Shown one piece after another: positions 58,412 to 64,000 of a stretch of DNA of 64,000 nucleotides. The DNA is from the human T2T-CHM13v2.0 reference genome, Homo sapiens, in assembly GCF_009914755.1 (NCBI RefSeq), contig NC_060925.1. One strand, written 5' to 3'. The notes below the pieces were generated by a model. It had not been told where the DNA came from and made no database searches. It saw nothing but the letters and a program-made list of their open reading frames with translations. The position numbers and the translations under genes are program-made. Each line of letters opens with the position of its first letter. Positions within the stretch are counted from its first letter, which is position 1.

Positions 58412-58985
58412 CTGAAATATTATTAAAAATCTTTTAAATTCCAAAATTACTTTTTTCGAATAGCACAGAAAATGGTAAAATATTACACATATAAAATTCA
58501 ATATTCCCCAAATAGCAAGTTTCTAATTAATAAGCAAACAGAGTATTTATAATTATCCAATGATGGCCAGTTGAAAACCATAATACACTGGGTATCTGAG
58601 ATAATTTATTATTATTCGCATAGTAAAATGCATAACCATACTTTTTTGTTCAAAGAAAATTTCTTTGTAATAGGTTGACTCTTTAAACTTTTCTAAAATA
58701 CTTTCCTTACCTAAGGAAAATTAAGGAATCATGAGGCATTCTTAATCCAGGCTATAGATTTAAGAAGTGAAACATACCAGATTACACACTATTTATGTAT
58801 TTTCATTTACATCAAAGTGTCCGTATTTATATACATCTTACATGCTTTTAATTTATTGTTAAATTTTTGTTTATATTTTAGACAAAAGACCATGTTGAAG
58901 AAATACTGTGGATAGGTAACATAAGTACTTATTATAAGACTGAAATTTCGTTTATATGCAAATATCTGAAATGGCTATTGCTTAC

Positions 58986-59234
58986 CTGATTTCCATGGAG
59001 ATCAAGTTTGATTAATTTTATACAACTTTGAAGTGGATGAATATCTGTAATAAAATTGTTTGAGAAGATGCATACTCTAAGAGAGATGCAAGACTGCAAA
59101 TTTTCCATAGACTTTAAATGAAGGCCATTGAACTTCACAAAAACAAAATCTTTTTGACCTTCTCTTATGTTTTCATTATAGTGACTCCATTCTTCATGAC
59201 TGGTTAGCTCTTCTGTGACTGTTCCATGAAACAT
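58986..59234 (-). CDS. LRRIQ3: LRRIQ3 first coding exon (249 nt, 83 codons; MFHGTVTEELT...KLIKLDLHGNQ), LRR units
   Basis: Acceptor ttatctttcctag immediately precedes ATG at 59234; donor CAG|gtaagc at 58986/58985; phase 0; LxxLxLxxN repeats; N-terminal peptide recognised as LRRIQ3/LRRC44. Confidence 0.93.
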
Positions 59235-60534
59235 CTAGGAAAGATAAGAAAGTGCTTTGATTTTTTTTTCCACTTTCAAAAATTTACCTGAAAACAAACA
59301 AAATTTTGCCAAGAGATAGCGCAAGTAAAAAGTGTTATTAAAGTTAAAATTTAAAAAAACTCATTCTTATAGAACTTTCTATCCCAAAATAACTTAAATA
59401 TCTAACATTTCAATAACAGCCAATCAGAATGTTATCACTGCCCTCACCAGTGAACGAACTAATTAGCAAGAGGAAGACAAACTTCCATTTTCATAGAATA
59501 TTTGAAAAATTCAGTGAAGAAACTGAGATAAAATCATCCCTTCTAGACAAGACAACTAACAACAAACAAATGAAACCATACTTTATATAACTCGTATGAT
59601 AATTTTTGTTAAAATATACTGTTAAAGAAATACACTGAATAATAAACAAGTCAGGAGAGTGATAATCTTTGTTAAAGAGGCTAAACAATGCAGCCAGATA
59701 AAATAAAGGTGCTATACAGGCCTTCAAATGTTATCAACAATATTTGTGTCTTACAGAGAAAATTTGTTGTCAAAATATTTACATTCAATTCAATTAGGAA
59801 ATTAGGCTCAGAATTCTAATAGCTTTAAATTTTGACTACTTAAATTTATCTAAAATATTTGGATAAATGGTTTTTAATATAATTTTACACAGTATTTCTC
59901 ATATATGTGAATTTTCACTTATTAAGAGTAATTTCAGCTTTCATAAAAGGTAGTCAGTGATAGGTGAGAAGAGAATGTATGAGCTGAAGTGGTCTATTTG
60001 GAAGTATGTTTTAAGATCAACATTCCCCAATGGAAGAATCGATTTCTACGATGTGCAGATAAACTAAATCAGTGTGATTCAAATGAGAATAAATGTGAAA
60101 ATCCAGATACACTCTTGTACTCTTTCAAGACACTGGTTACTTTATATATCACAACCAAGGCCTAAAACTAGAATCCTCCAGCTCTAAGTGTCAATGAATT
60201 AATTAGAAGGCAGATTCATGGGCCCCATCTCATATCTACTGTATCAGAATTTCTGGGCTAAGGGCATAGGAATAATGTTAACAGGTGATCGACGAACACC
60301 TTATGAAAGATTAGCCTCAACTACAAGTAAACCAGTCTTAAAAATATAGAGTCAGATATGGAATACACAGATATAAATAAACCTTTACAAATTAAACTCA
60401 TGAAGCTCTATTGGTGCTGGGATGTAGGATAATATACACATCATTTGGACTTCCAAAATAGAAAAGATATAAGTCTTTCCTCATTTAAAGAAAGCTTAAA
60501 TTTAAGGTTCCTCCAAGTCTTTAGAAAAATAACT

Positions 60535-61165
60535 CATTTTTTAAAGTACTGAATAACATTCCATCGCATGGATGCACTATGGTTTGGTTTATTTATCCAT
60601 TCACCTATTGAAAATGTCTTGGCTGTTTCCAACTTTACACAATTATGAATAAAAGTGCTATAAAAATTTATGTGCAGGTTTTTGTGTGGATATGTTTTCA
60701 ACTTACTTGGATAAATACCAAGGAGTTTGTTTGCTGAATCACATAATATATTTCATTTTGTAAAAAACTGCTACTGTCTTCCAATGTGGTTGTACCATTT
60801 GGACTCCCACCAGCAATGAATGAGAGATTTTATTGCTCCACAACCTCACCAGTACATAATGTTGTCAATGTTTTGATTTTGGTCATATTAATAGGTGAAT
60901 AATGGTATCTCATTGCTTTAATTTGCAATTCCCTAATAATATATGATGTTGAGCATCTTTCATACATGTGGCTTATTAGCCACATGTATATCTTCCTTGG
61001 TGAGTTATCTGTTCAGATCTTTTGTCCATTATATTTTGATTGTGGTATTGTGTTATTGTTGAGTTTGAGTACTTTGTATTACTTCAGATACCAATCCTTT
61101 GTCAGATATGTGTTTTCCAAAGTTTTTTTTTCCCATTCTGTGGCTTGCCTTTTCATTTTCTTAAT
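60535..61165 (-). mobile_element. L1MB/MC-like 3' ORF2 fragment
   Basis: ctcccaccagcaatgaatgagag; tggtatctcattgctttaatttgcaattccct. Confidence 0.8.
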
Positions 61166-61211
61166 TTTCATTTCATTTTTAGCTCATAAATGCATAAAAA
61201 GTCCTTGAAAG

Positions 61212-61472
61212 GGCCGGGCGCAGTGGCTCACGCCTGTAATCCCAGCACTTTGGGAGGCTGAGGCGGGCGGATTACCAGGTCAGGAGATCAAGACCATCCT
61301 GGCTAATACGGTGAAACCCCGTCTCTACTAAAAATACAAAAAATTAGCCGGACGTGGTGGCGGGCGCCTGTGGTCCCAGCTACTCGGGAGGCTGAGGCAG
61401 GAGAATGGTGTGAACCCAGGAGCGTGCACTCCAGCCTGGGCGACAGAGCAAGACTACGTCTCAAAAAAAAAA
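61212..61472 (+). mobile_element. AluY with ~30-nt deletion in the right arm
   Basis: catcctggctaatacgg diagnostics; TSD AAAAAGTCCTTGAAA at 61196-61210 and 61468-61482. Confidence 0.95.
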
Positions 61473-62241
61473 GTCCTTGAAAAACCAACACCGATCAACA
61501 TGGAACCTCAGAGATCTCATTTCTTCACATAATGCTAAAGGTGGCTTTATACTGTTAATCATGGCATTAGTACACAAATTATATATATGTACACAAAATT
61601 ATATATATAATTATATTTAATATATAGCTATATAAATATATATAAATATTTTTATTTCAAAGGATTTATTTCTCACATTGATTATTCCATCTCTTAACAG
61701 TCTATTTTGAAATTTCTTTATGAAGATATTATCTTCTTCCTGGCATTTATTTTCAGGGATTCTCAACAGTGCTATTAATCAAATATAGTTAGTAATGTCT
61801 ATAGATTCATCCACCAGGAATAATTGTTTATTTTAAACCTTCTGCATTAATGCTATCTATATGCCATTTGAACATGCCAATGAACTACTAATGGTATTAT
61901 TCCAAAGTGGAGTTTTTTCTATTTTCCTTACTGATCTCAGATATATTAGAGAATTTTCCAAAATGAGAGGTTCTACACTTGTGTGAGACATTCAAATTTT
62001 AGCTATTAGATGAATAACCTTGTTAGTAGCTTTGTGACATTAACAAATACTGTTGTAATGAACCTGATAAAATAACATTGTCCCCTCCCACCAAAATTCT
62101 TAAATATGTTCAAATATTTTTCTACATAAAATTTGTAATATATAATAAGGGAATTGGTATGATTGGCACTATTGCCTCACTTGAAAACTTCTTGTAAATA
62201 AGACATAGAGTTTGAGGAAGAAATGAAATATTGGTTCACAC

Positions 62242-62484
62242 AAATCCAAATTTGGGATAATGCTCATGATATTACTTAATTCAATGCCTTTTTTTTCCAT
62301 TTTGTACAACAGTTTACTTTTCAGTTTCAATCAAAAAGATGTCTATTAGAAAAAAAATTGTAAGAATTAAGTACTAGTGTAATTAAGGATATATTAAATT
62401 CAAATTTGAGATCTTTTTGATGTTACTTAATGCAGTGTCTTTTCCTCCATTTTGTTCAACTGCCTACTTTTTAGCTTTAATCAA
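62242..62484. repeat. Diverged direct repeat, ~90 bp (62242-62334 and 62396-62484)
   Basis: tgatattacttaattcaatgcc...ccattttgtacaac...tttcaatcaa vs tgatgttacttaatgcagtgtc...ccattttgttcaac...tttaatcaa. Confidence 0.85.
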
Positions 62485-62499
62485 TGACTATTATAAGCA

Positions 62500-62902
62500 A
62501 AAAAAAAAATCACTAATCATCAGGGAAATGTAAATTAAAACCTTACTCCTGCAAGAATGGCCATAATTAAAAAGTCAAAAAACAATAGATGCTGTCGTGG
62601 ATGTGGTGAAAAGGGAATACTGCTGGTGGGAATGTAAACTAGTATAACCACTATGGAAAACAGTATGGAAATTCCTTAAGGAACTAAAGGTAGAACTACC
62701 ATTTGATCCAAAAATCCCACTACTGGGTATCTATCCAAAGGAAAATAATTCATTATATAAAAAAGACACATGAACATACATGTTTATAGCAGCACAACTC
62801 ACAATTGCAAAGATATGGTACAAACCTAAGTACCCATCAACTAATTAGTGGATTAAAAAAATGTGAGAGAGATATATAGATATATATATATAGGTATATG
62901 TT

Positions 62903-62936
<34 letters not shown>

Positions 62937-63305
62937 ATGGAATACCACTCAGCCACAAAAAGGAACAAAACAATGTCTTCTGCAGCAACTTGGATGTAGC
63001 CCAGAAGGCTATTATTCAAAGTGAAGTAACTCAGGAATGGAAAACTAAATATCATAAGTTCTCACATATAAGTGTGAGCTAAGCTGTGAGGATGCAAAGG
63101 CCTAAGAATGATATAATGTACTTTGAGGACTCAAGGGTGAAGGTTGGGAGGGTCACGAGGTATAGAAGACTACATACTGGGTACAGTGCACACTGCTTGG
63201 GTGACAGGTACACTCAAATCTCAGAAATCATCACTAAAGAACCTATCCATGTAACAAAATAGCACCTGTACCCCAACAACTATTGAAATAAAAATTAAAA
63301 AACAA
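62500..63305 (+). mobile_element. L1PB 3' end with an internal (TA)/(CA) microsatellite (~62866-62935)
   Basis: gaagtaactcaggaatggaaaac; aatctcagaaatcatcactaaagaacctatccatgtaac. Confidence 0.9.
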
Positions 63306-63307
63306 CA

Positions 63308-63985
63308 AAAAAAGTCAAAAAATAACAGATGCTGGTGATGTGGAGAAAAAGGAACGCTTATACATTGTTGGTGGGAGTGTAAATTAGTTCAACCATTGTG
63401 GAAGACAGTGTGGCAATTTCCCAAAGACCTAAAAACAGAAACAACATTTGACCCAGCAATCCCATTACTGGGTATATACCTAAAGCAATAAAAATTGTTC
63501 TATTATAAAGACACATATACGTATGTTCACTGCACCACTATTCACAATAGCAAACACATGGAATCAACCTAAATGCCCATAAATGGTAGACTGGATAAAG
63601 AAAATGTGGTACATTTACACCATGGAATACTATACAACCATAAAAAGAATGAGATCATGTCCTTTACAGGAACATGGATAAAGCTGGAGGATATTATCCT
63701 CAGCAAAAAAATGCAGGGATAGAAAACCAAATACTGCATTTTCTCCCTTATATGTGGAAGCTAAATTATGAAAACACATGGACACATAAAGGGGAACAAC
63801 ACACTGGGGCCTACTAGAGGGAGGAGAGTGGGAGGAGGGAGAGGATTAAGAAAAATAACTAATGGGCACTAGGCTTAACACCTGGGTGACTAAATCAATT
63901 GTACAACAAATTACCCTGAAACAAGATTACCTATGTATCAAACCTGTACATCTATCCCTGAACTTAAAGCAAAAATTTAAAAAAT
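63308..63985 (+). mobile_element. L1PA13-16-like 3' end abutting the L1PB tail
   Basis: aaaaataactaatgggcactaggcttaacacctgggtga...ccctgaacttaaa. Confidence 0.85.
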
Positions 63986-64000
63986 CCAAACTATTAAGAA

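Noticed and set aside
58412-58501. N-terminal extension of the 147-aa ORF (MNFICVIF...) and read-through tails of both LRR ORFs
   Set aside because: Intronic; canonical splice sites delimit the real exons.
60000-64000. Promoter / first exon of LRRIQ3
   Set aside because: No CpG island or supportable first exon here; it presumably lies beyond the window end.

Overview
This is primate (almost certainly human) genomic DNA: AT-rich, CpG-depleted and dense in L1PA/L1PB/L1M, Alu, MaLR/ERV LTR, MIR/L2 and DNA-transposon remnants. The whole window is intragenic to a minus-strand gene that I recognise as LRRIQ3 (LRRC44; leucine-rich repeat plus IQ-motif protein). Three coding exons have canonical AG/GT boundaries and consistent phases: 59234-58986 (starts at ATG), 58411-58088 and 31419-31286 (IQ motif). 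Together they encode residues 1-235. The 5' UTR exon/promoter and later exons lie outside the window. Almost all other ORFs in the track are L1/Alu remnants or chance ORFs. I see no CRISPR, RNA gene or new multi-gene system. The most unusual items are: (i) a 304-bp chimeric HERV-L insertion, an inverted protease fragment fused to half an MLT2A LTR and bounded by TG...(C)A with a near-perfect 5-bp target duplication; (ii) candidate unspliced-in exons in the intron after the IQ exon, one flanked by a ~60-bp direct repeat; (iii) a circRNA-prone exon pair that would carry an endless ORF starting at the back-splice junction; (iv) short putative L1 3' transductions; (v) a 14-kb nested transposon stack. 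Repeat subfamily names come from memory of consensus sequences and need RepeatMasker/Dfam confirmation; old-repeat boundaries are approximate.
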